Part shown: piece after piece, positions 13,835 through 26,964 of the stretch
How positions within the stretch are numbered: the stretch's first letter is position 1
Layout of the letters: each line of letters starts with the position of its first letter
NCBI GenBank assembly: GCA_950097015.1
Contig: CATNEN010000001.1
Coordinates: forward strand, 8,866,001 to 8,930,000
DNA from: Macrostomum hystrix
Lineage: Eukaryota > Animalia > Platyhelminthes
Length of the DNA stretch: 64,000 nucleotides
Reading direction: 5' to 3'
Program-made: the position numbers and the translations under genes
Notes under the pieces: model-generated
Seen by the model: the letters and a program-made list of their open reading frames with translations, nothing else
The model's database searches: none
Told to the model about the DNA's origin: nothing

Positions 13835-16800
13835 ATGTCCGGAGGCGAAGGCGCGGAACATTTCGACGAACAACTGGCCGCTCTGCTTAGCTCCTCCGAT
13901 GACGAAGCGGCCGCCGCGGCGGCTCTGATGTCAGCCGGTTCAATAGGCGGCGCCGCCACCACGGCTGGCTACCTAGTTAGGCGGGTTAGCCTGTCGGATC
14001 TGTTGAACAATTGTGTGAGAACAGTGCTACAGCAGGGCCTAGTGTTCACTTTGCCAATCTTTATTATGTGCGTACTATTCAAAGTGCTCTGCCACACTGT
14101 CGGCGAAGGCTTTGAGGAGACCGGTATTAGCTTCCTTCCTAGGCAGATTATTCACGTCAGCTCCGGCTGTCTGGGACTGGTGATTTTGCATCACCTTTTC
14201 CAAGAGTTTACTATGCTGGTGCTGCTACAGGTGAGCTTGAAGCTACGAGAAATGTTTTCTTTCATTTCCACAAACCTCTAGAGGTTGTAGTTTAGTGGTT
14301 AGGGCGTTGGACTCACGACTTAAAGGTCGGGGGGTTCGATTCCCGACTCCACCAGAACAATTTTTGTTCTATGGACTAAATCGAGATTGCTCTCAGGACT
14401 AGGTCTTGTAGGTCTCTCGCACCAAGACCCATGAGTTCGATTCCGCGGCGAGGCCGCATTCATTTGGGTCGCAGCCGCGGAGACAAGGCTTGTGGGCTTG
14501 TCGTGCACTTTACGCCATTGAGGGCCAACCTCCCAGGTACAGTGAGAGTGTACACTGCCTGACGATGAGAAAGTCAAGGCAGGTGTACACACCATGTGTG
14601 CGTGTGTGCTCAGGAGTCAGCGAATTGAGCAGAACTGCCTCGCTGGCTGCGGGTCGAGTGACACTAAATGATGTGTCATTGCTCCCAGGATAATATCTTT
14701 ATGATTATAAAGAGGTCCATGGACTGAACTATTCATTTTACTACGTCGAATCGCATTTTTATCCGTGCACTTTTATCCACGAAATTCACCTCGCAGGGCC
14801 TTCTAGCCTACTTTACAATCCTATTGGCGCACACATTTCTATCCAGACGATGCGGCATCTGCACCGCCCTGTTGTCGCTTATCTTTCATCTGGCCTGGTG
14901 AGTGTAAAACTCCCGACTGATACTTTAATAACAGTTAAATTCATTTGATATACAACTTTACAACTCTTTGTTGTTCTTTGTTGTTTGTTCATTTTCAGCC
15001 AAATCTACCTGCCCGCCGACAGTTGGCACAAGATTCGCGGTCCGCTAATGGTCCTGTCGCTGAAAGTAGTATCTATTGGATTTGATTTAGATAGGCAACT
15101 GTTGCTACTGGTCCCCGGTGTGTTCGAGTTCTTCGGTTACGTGTTCAACGTTGGCACCGTTGTGTTTGGACCATGGGTTACTTTCCTGGACTACATGACC
15201 ATCATACAGATTAAGGATAGGCCTATGGTTAGTTAGCAATCATGGGCGCTTGTCTCATCTCCCTGTGTCTGATCTCCCCTGTCTTATCTCCCGCATTATC
15301 TGATCTCCCATGTATTATCTCTCCCGTATCTCATCTCTCCCCCTTATCTCACCCCCCTGTCTTATCTCTCCCCTGTCTCATCTCTCCCGCTGTCTTATCT
15401 CTCCCCTTTCTTTTCTACCCTGTCTCATCTCCCCCGTGTCTCCTCTCTCCCATGTCTGATCTCCCCTGTCTCATCTCCCCCAGTGTCTCATCTTTCCTCT
15501 TTCATCTCTCCAGTGTATTTTCTCTCCCCTGTCTTTTTTCTTCATATGTATAATTTTTATACAGTCTCATCTCTTTCGTGTCTTATCTCTCCCCTCTCTC
15601 ATATTTGATTTGCATTAACTCATGCCGCATGCAATTTAAATTGCAGAATTTCACCTGGCTTCTTACAGCCATCAGGGCCTACGTGCTTTCCATAGCATGC
15701 CTGCTCTATTCTACCTGCTTCAGCAATTGGATTATTATAGACGGTTCTTATAAGTAAGCGCATTTATATTTTTTTGAATTACTTTAGTTTGAATCAATAC
15801 CAGGTTCTGAGAATAGGATCCTAAAATGACGCTTGATTAAACTTTTCCTAATGGTCAGGTGGCTGATCGCATTCAGAGACGCGCAGTCGTTTCGATTTAG
15901 CCACTATTTCACTTGCTACACATCCGAGGCTACGGCCATCGCCTCCGGCATTGGCGCCTCGCGTTATAGAGAGAGCGGCAACTCAGAGACCAAATGGTGA
16001 GTTGAAATCTGTTATTTCTCAGCGCGATTCCGCTGCTGTCGAGTGCTATGGCTCTAAGATTTAGGATTTGTACTAACGACGTCACTACCGTACATAGAAC
16101 ATGTGACACCATCACGTCACTGATGTACATAAGACATGTGACGTCATCGTACATGCGTCGCAAGTGATTTTACTGCCTTACATTTCTCATGTGACGTCAT
16201 CGTAAATACGTCGCACTAATGACGTCACTACTGTACATATAGCATATGACGTCATCGAAAACACGTTACACTAATCACGTCACTACTGTACAAAGAACGT
16301 ATGAACGTATGATTGTAAATACGTCTCGTTATTTACGTCACTTCCATACTTTAAACATAAGGAAATGTCGAAATACACCATACTTAAAAAATCAGTTGCA
16401 TACTTGAAGTGTGACGTCATTGTTTGTCTCGATATGCTGCTTGTTAATTAAGCTGATGTGCATATATGCTACGAGCTTTAAATTCAGAAAATTCGAATTA
16501 TTGCAGCATTTAAAATTATTTTCTAATCAAGCATAACTTAATTAATTAATCAAGCATTCGATATGGTTAATTCACTCACATGCGCATCATCATAAAGGGA
16601 TCTGCGAGTCTGCAAGCCGTTGAAAATTGAACTGCCCCGCTCACTAGTTGACGTTGTTACAAACTGGAATCTACCTATGCACCGCTGGTTAAAGCAGTAC
16701 GTTTTCAATCAAAGCCTACACTTTGGAAGATTCCCTGCTGTCATGTTGACCTACATTGCCAGCTCTTTGTTGCATGTAAGTCTGCACAAAGTATTTCTAG

Positions 16801-18085
16801 GTTTTTATATACCCTTACAATTTAACATTTAAAAACATTTTTCTGTCAATTTAGGGCATGAATTTTCAACTTTCGACCGTTCTACTGTCAATCGGAGTCT
16901 ACAGCTACATTGAATACGGTATTTGACTTTGAAAGGGTTTTATTATGCTGTCGTTTTTCTGCTCCAAACACCACTGCCCCAACGTCCTCTAGCATCCCTC
17001 TGTCTCTACAAAACATTTTTAAACACAGCTCTTTCACAACACCGCTGTGCCCCTACACCCCTCTGCCCCAACACCTCTCTGCCTCCATACCGCTGTGCCC
17101 TACACCCCTCTGCCCCAACACCCCTCTGCCTCAACACTTATCTGCCTTAACACCCCTCTGCCTCTACACTGCTGTGCCCCAACACCCCTCTGCCTCAACA
17201 CCCCACTGCCCTAACACCCTTCTGCTCCAACACCCATCTGCCTCAACACTTATCTGCCTCAACACCCCTCTGCCCTAACACTCTTCTGCCCCAACACCCT
17301 TCTGCCTCAGCACTTATGTGCCCCAACACCCCTCTGCCCCAACACCCTTCTGCCTCAACACTTATGTGCCCCAACGCCAATCTGCCTCAACACCCCTCTG
17401 CCCTAACACTCTTCTGCCCCAACACCCTTCTGCCTCAACACTTATGTGCCCCAACGCCAATCTGCCTCAACACCCCTCTGCCTCAACCCCCCTCTGCCCC
17501 AACACCCTTCTGCCTCAACACTTATGTGCCCCAACACCCTTCTGCCTCAACACTTATGTGCCCCAACACCCTTCTGCCTCAACACTTATGTGCCCCAACA
17601 CCCTTCTGCCTCAACACTTATGTGCCCCAACACCCTTCTGCCTCAACACTTATGCGCCCCAGCACCACATAGACTTAAAGCCTGATCGCTTCAGTTGGGG
17701 TTTGGAAAGAACACAGTCTTTATCTTTCACCAATACTGTTTTCTCCGCAGTACTTCGTCAGCGACTAGCCAGCATATTCAGCATGTGTATCGAATCGCGA
17801 CCCTGCAGCAGCGGCAACGGCAGCCAATATTCAAATCACTCATCGGGACAAGATCAGTGCCCGAAGCATCGCGGTCAGCAGCAATCCGGCAGGCGCCTAT
17901 CGAATATTCTATTTACCTGTCTAGCCGTGTTTCACCTGTCCTATTTGGGCCTATTATTCGACACTAGTCCCATATCGGAGCAGGGCTATTCTTATCAGCA
18001 CACGCTGAACAAATGGGCCGAGTTGGACTATTTAAGTCATTTAGTTGCCGCAGTTTCTTTTGGCTTCTACCTGCTAATTAGATAG
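13835..18085 (+). CDS. PORCN: Porcupine, Wnt O-palmitoleoyltransferase (MBOAT family), 8 coding exons
   Basis: Exons 13835-14230, 14797-14897, 14999-15227, 15647-15753, 15859-15996, 16598-16775, 16855-16918, 17751-18085. Motifs: [66 protein letters not shown], catalytic His in SSLLH|[26 protein letters not shown]. Confidence 0.95.
14281..14356 (+). mobile_element. tRNA-derived SINE head (family 2); related fragment at ~1807-1860
   Basis: A-box-like tagtttagtgg and B box ggttcgattcc, but poor acceptor and anticodon stems; degenerate homolog at 1807-1860. Confidence 0.65.
14400..14700 (+). mobile_element. SINE family 1 copy (tRNA-like head remnant, GTGTACAC hairpin, LINE-like 3' stem-loop)
   Basis: B-box-like gagttcgattcc; homologous by eye to copies at 26217-26411, 41180-42302, 54530-55350, 58975-59308 and 62061-62113. 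Confidence 0.85.
17040..17662. repeat. C-rich minisatellite in a porcupine intron; related array at 20712-21138
   Basis: Units built from aacaccc(c/t)tctgcctc and aacacttatgtgcccc. Confidence 0.9.
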
Positions 18086-19456
18086 TAATCATAGCACTAT
18101 TTTCGTTGTTATTTTTTAGCCCTCTAGCTTGAATTATTAGTTGATTGGTTGCGTGGCCCCGCCAAGTTGGTCCAGTTAGATTTACTAACGACCGGCTTCC
18201 ATTATGTGTGTAGCGCTCGGCCTAGACCACTTATCTTTTATGATTGTTATCTAAATTTCCAGGTGCTTAAATGGCTAATTAGATAATTTAGCTCTCTCTG
18301 TTCATTATGTCATTTTAAAGACTCACTTAAAAAATTAATTATCTGCAATTAGCGGGCCACCACTAGTGAGCTGAAGTAAATTAGCTTGTCGTGGAATTGC
18401 ACAAGTAAAATAATAATACTCTTAGAAGGCCAATTGTCGATTTACCTGTTTAATTATCTGTGTAACGTTCAACTGATCTAATATTTTAAACTAATTGTGC
18501 AAAAAACAATTTGAAATAGAGAAATTGTGCTACAAAGTATTACTTTCTTGCATGCATGTGTGTACATAAAGTAGTATTAGATTATAGTAATATTAATATT
18601 ATACCGCTAATAACTTATTCTGTTCATTTGTATGATTTATATTGATTTTCTGGTAATAACTATACAGCTCTACTTTTAGTAGTATATACAGCGAGTAACC
18701 AAAGACTATAATATCTGCCAATATTACTAATTTAAATCATTTATAACTATTTATTGACTAAATTAGAAATGCTTTTTAGTGTCATTTATAACCACACACA
18801 AGCAACAGCTGCTAAAAAACCATAAATTCACATTTGCGACATTGTATTATCTTTGAAACTTCTTTGACTTGCTTTTTAACTAATGTACTATTCATCTTCA
18901 AGCATTATTATTTTTGTATTTTTTATTCTTTAGTTATCGTCTCCTCGCTATTTTGCTTGTTTAGCATCCTTGACAATGGTCCAATTAAGTCTAGATTTCT
19001 CATTTATATTTTGTTGTTTTTTGTTTCGGCTGATAAAATTGTTAAAAAATTGGTTTGTAAATCTTTCAAGTCTTTGTTTATCTTTGTATTCTTTTCTATA
19101 TAATATATTTTAGCTATTCTTGTAAACAAATATAGTTATTTTTCATAAGTCCGTGCGTTTATAAATCGTTTGTATACTCTCATTTACCTCTTAAGTTTGT
19201 TTTTGCAAAAACCCTACACCACTATAAAAACATACTACTAGAGTCTGCTTTCATGAAACCAAGATAACTTGATTAAGCTACCGTTATATAAAACTATAAT
19301 TCACATGCTTCCAGACTTGCATCAATTCAATTGTGTCGTACTTTTTTATTTGTTTAATCTCGATGATTCTTAAAAAACTATTGATTTCTGGGGTAATTAA
19401 TTTTTACCTCATCTCGTATTTAAGCATCTTATAGGTTACTTAATGAGATAATAACG

Positions 19457-20025
19457 ATGATGTGTCTTTGAGTGTGGCTCTTTGGGTCTTTGATGTGTCT
19501 CATTAGGTCTTTGATGTGTCTCAGTAGGTCTTTGATGTGTCTTGATGTGTCTCATTAGGTCTTTGATGTGTCTCAGTAGGTCTTTGATGTGTCTCATTAG
19601 GTCTTTGATGTGTCTCATTAGGTCTTTGGTGTGTCTCATTAGGTCTTTGATGTGTCTCATTAGGTCTTTGATGTGTCTCATTAGGTCTTTGATGTGTCTC
19701 ATTAGGTCTTTGATGTGTCTCATTAGGTCTTTGATGTGTCTCATTGGGTCTTTGATGTGTCTCATTAGGTCTTTGATGTGTCTCATTAGGTCTTTGATGT
19801 GTCTCATTAGGTCTTTGATGTGTCTCATTAGGTCTTTGATGTGTCTCATTAGGTCTTTGATGTGTCTCATTGGGTCTTTGATGTGTCTCATTAGGTCTTT
19901 GATGTGTCTCATTAGGTCTTTGATGTGTCTCTTTGGGTCTTTGATGTGTCTCATTAGATCTTTGATGTGTCTCATTAGGTCTTTGATGTGTCTCAGTAGG
20001 TCTTTGATGTGTCTCATTAGGTCTT
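19457..20025. repeat. 21-bp minisatellite
   Basis: Unit tgatgtgtctcattaggtctt. Confidence 0.96.
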
Positions 20026-20204
20026 TTAGTTCGAGATAAACTTTTTTAGAATTTCCGGGTTTAGGTTTCAATTTTATCTCCGCACTTCTGTACGTGCTAT
20101 GGCTTTAGTTTTAAATATTTATTAAAGTCACATTTTCCTATGTACCTGCTTGCAGTGTGCCAGTGAGTTCGCTTCAATTGATTAAAAAATCTGCTGCTAA
20201 AAAC

Positions 20205-23200
20205 ATGCTAGAACCCGTAGACGATGTTCAAGCTGTGAACCGACCCGACGACGATATGGACGATGACGATGCTGAAAATGCTGCCGCAAATGACGACAAT
20301 TCTTCGCTTAGTAATCGTCCGCCAGCATCCGCTTTTCATCAGCAGAAACTGCCAGCTTGGCAACCGTTACTAACCGCTGGCACAGTATTTCCCGTTTTCC
20401 TAATCATGGCAATCGGTTTCATTGTTGTTGGCATCGCATTGCTGTTAACAAACGCGGCGATCTCTGAGATGTCCATTGACTACACCCAGTGCAAGCGCTT
20501 AGACGACGGAGCCTCTTGCGCGTCTTTGGTTGAGCAGCCCGCATTCTATGGCAATTACAGTGTGTGCCAGTGTAGGCTCAACTTCACTGTCACCCGGCCC
20601 ATGACTGGTCAGGTGTATGCCTACTATGCGCTAACTGCTTTTCATCAGAACCACCGCAAGTGAGTTCCTTGTTTGCTAAGCTTATACAAGAATGGTTTGC
20701 GAATAACACTTTCTCTGCCTCAACCTCTAACACTGTGCCTTAACCGCTAACACCCCTGTGCCTGAACCCCTAGCACCACTGTGCCTCAACCTCTAACACC
20801 CCTGTACCTCAACCCTAACACCCCTGTGCCTCAACCTCTAACACTGTGCCTAAACCCCTAACACCCTGTACCTCAACCCTAACACCCCTGTGCCTCAACC
20901 TCTAACACTGTGCCTTAACCCCTAACACCCCTGTGTCTGAACCCCTAGCACCACTGTGCCTCAACCTCTAACACCCCTGTACCTCAACCCTAACACCCCT
21001 GTGCCTCAACCTCTAACCCTGTGCCTGAACTCCCAACACCCCTGTACCTCAACCCTAACACCCCTGTGCCTCAACCTCTAACCCTGTGCCTGAACTCCTA
21101 ACACCCCTGTACCTCAACCCCAAACACCCCTGTGCCTAAATATTCTTCCAATGCCTACCATTTTCTCAGGTACGTAAAATCGCATGACCGTATGCAGCTT
21201 TCTGGTAGGCGCTCCGCTGATCTAGACCAGGAGTGCAATCCCTACAGACAGGATCCCAATGGTTTTTGGATTGCACCATGCGGCGCTGTAGCCAACAGCT
21301 TATTTAACGACACTTTCCAACTCATGCGTAAACTGCCCGGCGGCGAGTCGCTTGAAGCCGTGCCCTGGACTGGCCAGGGCATCAGCTGGTCTGCCGATGT
21401 GGCTAGAAAGTACGGCCGAGTTACCAGGTGGAATGGCACCGTTAAACCACCGAATTGGCCAGTGCCTGAGGGTGTTCGCAGCGACACTGGCTACACTGGC
21501 GATGAGGAACTGCAGGTGGGCAATCTTTCATTAAAAATCAACATTGATTCAGAACGAATTTCTAAATCCCCAATCTTTTAGTATTCATGTTTTTATCGAA
21601 GAACTAGATTTTACTATTATTCCCGTCCTGTCAAAATCCCAGATTTTCCTAATATCCCCATCCTGTCAAAATCCCAGATTTTCCTAATATCCCCATCCAG
21701 TCAAAATCCCAGATTTTCCTAATATCCCTGTCGTCAAAATCCCTGATTTTCCTAATATCCCATCCTGTCAAAATCACATATTATCCTATAATAATATCCC
21801 CGTCCTTTTAAAATCCCTGATGTTCCTAATATCCCATCCAGTCAAAATCCTAGATTTTCCTATAATAATATCCCATCCTGTCAAAATCACATATTATCCT
21901 AATATCCCCGTCCTTTTAAAATCCCTGATGTTCGTAATATCCCATCCAGTCAAAATCCTAGATTTTCCTAATATCCCCATCCAGTCAAAATCCTAGATTT
22001 TCCTAATATCCCCATCTTGTCGAAATTCTTGATTTTCCTAATATCTCCGTCTGGACGAAATCCCAGATTTTCCTAAATCTTCCGTCTTGTCGAAATCCCA
22101 GATTTGTTATCCCAGTCTTGTAAGACTGTAAAGTTCCAGTTATCGTTTACAGAAATTATGTGAGCGAAAAATTCGCTAGATATGTGCTTTATACACTACT
22201 TTTACAAGTAGACTAGTAGCGAACTTTTCTACATTATTTTGCGCAAATCACTTCAACTAGGTCTGGATGGCAGTAGCAGCTTTGCCAACATTCCGAAAGC
22301 TGCATCGTCGTCTGACTCACCAGACTGAGTCGGCCTACTCAAACGGCCTGCCAGTTGGTAACTATAGCCTATTGGTTAACTACAGCTACCCTGTCGCTGG
22401 GTTCGGCGGCACCAAAGCCTTCGTATTGGCCACGGCCGGGTTGCTAGGCGGCAGGAATTCCGGCCTGGGCGGATTGGCCCTGGCTGTTGGCTGCCTACAT
22501 TTGGCTCTGTGCTGCGCCTTCGCTGTGCTGCACGTGCACGCCAAACGAAGGTTAGTTAGTGCATTCTGCCTAGTTACTAAGTTTAAATTGTAACTCTCTG
22601 CCTACTGATCTGCACTAATTGATTTTTATTAAAAGCTTATCTGTGATTTTTTTACTTGCTTTAATTTATCTATTAATATTTAACGATGAGCGTATATGCT
22701 TTCCCAAGTGCTTTCCTCTGTGTTCTGTGCTGGCTTATTTGGGAACTGGGGAAAAATACGACTGGATGGGGATAAAAATAATGCTTGATGGAGAAATAAT
22801 AGAGAAATGAGACTGGATGAAGAAGAAATGAGACTAGATGAAGAAGCAATGAGACTGGATAGAGGAGTAATGAGACTAGATGAAGAAGAAATGAGACTGG
22901 ATAGAGGAGTAATGAGACTAGATGAAGAAGAAATGAGACTAGATGAAGAAGAAATGAGACTGGATAGAGGAGTAATGAGACTAGATGAAGAAGAAATGAG
23001 ACTAGATGAAGAAGAAATGAGACTGGATAGAGGAGAAATGAGACTGGATGGAGGAGAAATGAGACTGGATAGATGAGAAATGAGACTGGATGGAGGAGAA
23101 ATGAGACTGGATGGGAATTTTAAATGAGACTGGATGAAGAAGAAATGAGACTAGATGAAGAAGAAATGAGACTGGATGGAGGAGAAATGAGACTGGATGG

Positions 23201-24648
23201 AGGAGAAATGAGACTGGATAGAGGAGAAATGAGACTGGATAGAGGAGAAATGAGACTGGATGGAGGAGAAATGAGACTAGATGAAGAAGAAATGAGACTG
23301 GATGGAGGAGAAATGAGACTGGATAGAGGAGAAATGAGACTGGATGGAGGAGAAATGAGACTGGATAGAGGAGAAATGAGACTGGATGGAGGAGAAATGA
23401 GACTGGATGGGAATTTTAAATGAGACTGGATGGGAATTTTAAATCAGACTGGATGGGAATTTTAAATGAGACTGGATGGGAATTTGAAATGAGACTGGAT
23501 GGGAATTTTAAATGAGACTGGATGGGAATTTGAAATGAGACTGGATGGAGGAGAAATGAGACTGGATGGGAATTTGAAATGAGGCTGGATGGGAATTTGA
23601 AATGAGACTGGATGGGAATTTTAAATGAGACTGGATGGGAATTTGAAATCAGACTGGATGGAGGAGAAATGAGACTGGATGGGAATTTGAAATGAGACTG
23701 GATGGGAGAGGAATGCGACTAGATATGGAAGAAACGAGGCTAGATAGGAACAAATGAGACTGGATGGGAGAGGAATGCGACTAGATATGGAAGAAACGAG
23801 GCTAGATAGGAACAAATGAGACTGGATGGGAGAGGAATGCGACTAGATATGGAAGAAACGAGGCTAGATAGGAACAAATGAGACTGGATGGGAGAGGAAT
23901 GCGACTAGATATGGAAGAAACGAGGCTAGATAGGAACAAATGAGACTGGATGGGAGAGGAATGCGACTATATATGGAATAAACGAGGCTAGATAGGAACA
24001 AATGAGACTGGATGGGAGAGGAATGCGACTAGATATGGAAGAAACGAGGCTAGATAGGAACAAATGAGACTGGATGGGAGAGGAATGCGACTAGATATGG
24101 AAGAAACGAGGCTAGATAGGAACAAATGAGACTGGATGGGAGAGGAATGCGACTAGATATGGAAGAAACGAGGCTAGATAGGAACAAATGAGACTGGATG
24201 AGAGAGGAATGCGACTAGATATGGAAGAAACTGAGACTGGAAGTAAGACTTTTTGCGGGAAGATGAGATTTATGTGAGAATAAGTATCCACCTAGGTATC
24301 CATATATTTGTCTAAATGCAATTGATTGAGTTTAAATGTATAGCTAATATTTTTTTTCTAACACTCGATTGAAACAAAAATCATTTAAACCTTATTGAAG
24401 TTTTTAATTTTGTATCGAATGTTTGTTGCAGTAAAATGTTTTCTATCTCACACATCTGTCAATCGAGCGCACTTCGTAACAGATTTTTTATTTACAGCTA
24501 AATTAATGCCTAACATTTTCAACAACAAAACACAAACTTTTCTATCTTCACCAACAGTCGAGAGGCCGACCCATTCTATGGCATGGACCCGGTTCACAGG
24601 GCTCTGTGTACGTATTCCCTGCATAGCAACCGACAATCTCTTAAATAA
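20205..24648 (+). CDS. TMEM30A: CDC50/TMEM30 family P4-ATPase flippase beta subunit
   Basis: Exons 20205-20659, 21170-21515, 22261-22550 and a probable last exon 24558-24648; alternatively exon 3 reads through to the stop at 22593. Motifs: AFHQQKLPAWQPLLT, IDYTQC, YYALTAFHQNHRKYVKS, APCGAVANSLFNDTF, VWMAVAALPTFRKL, LGGRN, two TM helices. Exact paralog not determined. Confidence 0.9.
21620..22110. repeat. Degenerate ~35-bp minisatellite (CDC50 intron)
   Basis: Unit ~aaaatcccagattttcctaatatccccatcctgtc. Confidence 0.85.
22806..24240. repeat. Compound minisatellite (21-23-bp units grading into ~62-bp units)
   Basis: The aaatgagactggat core runs throughout. Confidence 0.93.
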
Positions 24649-24929
24649 TTCTCCTTTAAAATAGTTTTCTAAATATTCTAACAAAAATAATTATCTTATT
24701 TTTATCATAATTGAATAGTGCGGTTTCCTGAATAATGTTATTCCAATTAATACTCTACCTGTACTACTACTAATGGGCATTAGGCGGTGATGGCTATTTG
24801 TCTGCTAGCTTGAAAAAAACTGGTTTGCCAAATTTTCGATTCAGTAGCATTCCACATCTCAGCTTTTTCCCCGGCTAGACCGCCATTTTAGTGCATCCCG
24901 AAAATATCCAGATTCTCCTATCTCTCACC

Positions 24930-25722
24930 AAATTCTCCATTGTCTTCAATCCCAATTCTCACCCGTCTCCCACCCCGATTCTCGCTTGTCTTCAATCCCA
25001 ATTCTCACCCGTCTCCCACCTGATTCTCCCCTGTCTTCAATCCCAATTCTCACCCGTCTCCCACCCCGATTCTCCATTGTCTTCAATCCCAATTCTCACC
25101 CGTCTCCCACCACAATTCTCCCCTGTCTTCAATCCCAATTCTCACCCGTCTCCCACCCCGATTCTCCATTGTCTTCAATCCCAATTCTCACCCGTCTCCC
25201 ACCTGATTCTCCCCTGTCTTTAATCCCAATTCTCACCCGTCTCCCACCCAAATTCTCCCTGTCTTTAATCCCAATTCTCACCCTCTCCTACCCCGATTCT
25301 CTTCTGTCTTCAATCCCAATTCTCCCTGTCTTCAATCCCAATTCTCACCCGTCTCCCACCCCGATTGTCTTCTGTCTTCAATCCAAATTCTCCCTGTCTT
25401 TAATCCCAATTATCCAATGTTTCCCACCCCAATTCTCCCTGTCTTCAATCCTAACTATCCAATGTCTCCCACCCCAATTCTCCCTATCTTCAATCCTAAC
25501 TATCCAATGTTTCCCACCCCAATTCTCCCTGTCTTCAATCCTAACTATCCAATGTCTCCCACCCCAATTCTCCCTGTCTTCAATCCTAACTATCCAATGT
25601 CTCTCACCCCAATTCTCCCTGTCTTCAATCCTAACTATCCAATGTCTCCCACCCCAATTCTCCCTTGTCTTTAATCCACATTCTCACCCGTCTCCAACCA
25701 CAATACTCCCTTGTCTTCAATC
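24930..25722. repeat. Pyrimidine-rich minisatellite
   Basis: Unit ~tgtcttcaatcccaattctcacccgtctcccaccccgattctcc. Confidence 0.88.
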
Positions 25723-26213
25723 CCGAAACTCCCGTTCTCCCACATCTCCAATCCAAACTCTCGCCAGTTACAAATCTCCATTATCCTGTCATGTTGTTTT
25801 GTTACTAATTGAAGTCTCACTACAAAAAGTTGACTTTCGTTTGAAACGAATGATTTTCATATTCCAAATGTATGGATGGGGTGGTGTTTGCAATGCCTCG
25901 TGTTGACTAGCAAATTTTACAGTTTTTTGCACGTTAAAACGCTAACATACTCTACTAGCATGCAGTTTTCATTGTCGAGTGTTCTGTTTAACTTACTCAA
26001 AACAAAAACAAATGATAAACTTTTATTTAAAAAAAGTTGACCTTGTGTCCTTGTGCAATGCCAGACACCAAATTTCCAGGTGTTTCAACTCACCTTAACT
26101 GTAAAATTTGTACCAATATTAGTTGGGGTAGACATTTTGGTGATTGTGCCGATTCCTTCCAGTCCACGGACTGAATTTCAATTGTGCACAGCTTTCAGAT
26201 CTGGTATAACTGG

Positions 26214-26216
<3 letters not shown>

Positions 26217-26244
<28 letters not shown>

Positions 26245-26411
26245 GTAAAACTTACTGCAGTGCTGCGGGCAATGGCGCATCATTTGGTGACACTAGACCC
26301 GCAGCCAGCGAGGAGGCAATTCTGCCCATTTCGCTGACTCCTGAGCACCCGATGACACAGGTGTGTACATCTGCCCTGACTTTCCTATCGTCAGGCAGTG
26401 TACACTCACTG
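26217..26411 (-). mobile_element. SINE family 1 copy, 5'-truncated, with (TTA)n tail
   Basis: Reverse complement matches 14545-14690; (AAT)n tract at 26217-26244. Confidence 0.85.
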
Positions 26412-26964
26412 CGCGACAAGCCCCCTGTTAATGACAATATATTACAGGCATATGTCGCTACAAAGAAAGGGAACCCTACAATTTGTTTTATATTTCAAAT
26501 TTCAGTGGAAAATATCTCCAATGGAGCTCGCCCTGTCGACACTGCAGCAGACGGCGCTGACGCTCGCCCTACAGCAACCTGATTTAAGAAAATAAACAAC
26601 TACCATCTAGTCTGTCATTTGAATTTATTTTGCCTTGAATGAAGAAATAAAAAAATTATTAAACTATCCGGGACAGGACAATTTTCTATGTCATCTTCAA
26701 CTGTGATTTCTAAGAGTCATTATATTTGCTTCAGTTGGTTTTTGCCTTGCAACTTTTTTATCGTGTGTTCTTTGTTTTTTCTACGAGCTACAATAAAAAA
26801 ATAACTTTTGTAAGCAGCTTAAGTGAACCAACTATGATGCTTTCGTTTTTAAATGATTTTCTTAAAAATTTTGATTTCACTACTATAAAGTAGTGTGTTG
26901 TCTCTTTATAGGCTGCAACATTAGAACCGAATTTTAGCGACAATACAAGCTTATCGAATCGCAA

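Noticed and set aside
14283-14354. Possible tRNA gene (CAC anticodon-like loop, ends in CCA)
   Set aside because: Acceptor and anticodon stems pair poorly and a degenerate copy exists at ~1807-1860; better explained as a SINE head.
14609-14625. ctcaggagtcagcgaa(a) in SINE-1 resembling a hammerhead core
   Set aside because: CUCA replaces the invariant CUGA in all copies seen, there is no real stem II, and the segment is explained by the stem-loop shared with the LINE.
18834-19103. Hydrophobic 89-aa ORF
   Set aside because: T-rich UTR or intergenic sequence with a non-ATG start and no motif.
20712-21138. Telomere-like CCCTAA motifs
   Set aside because: Isolated hexamers inside a longer minisatellite unit, not tandem telomeric repeats.
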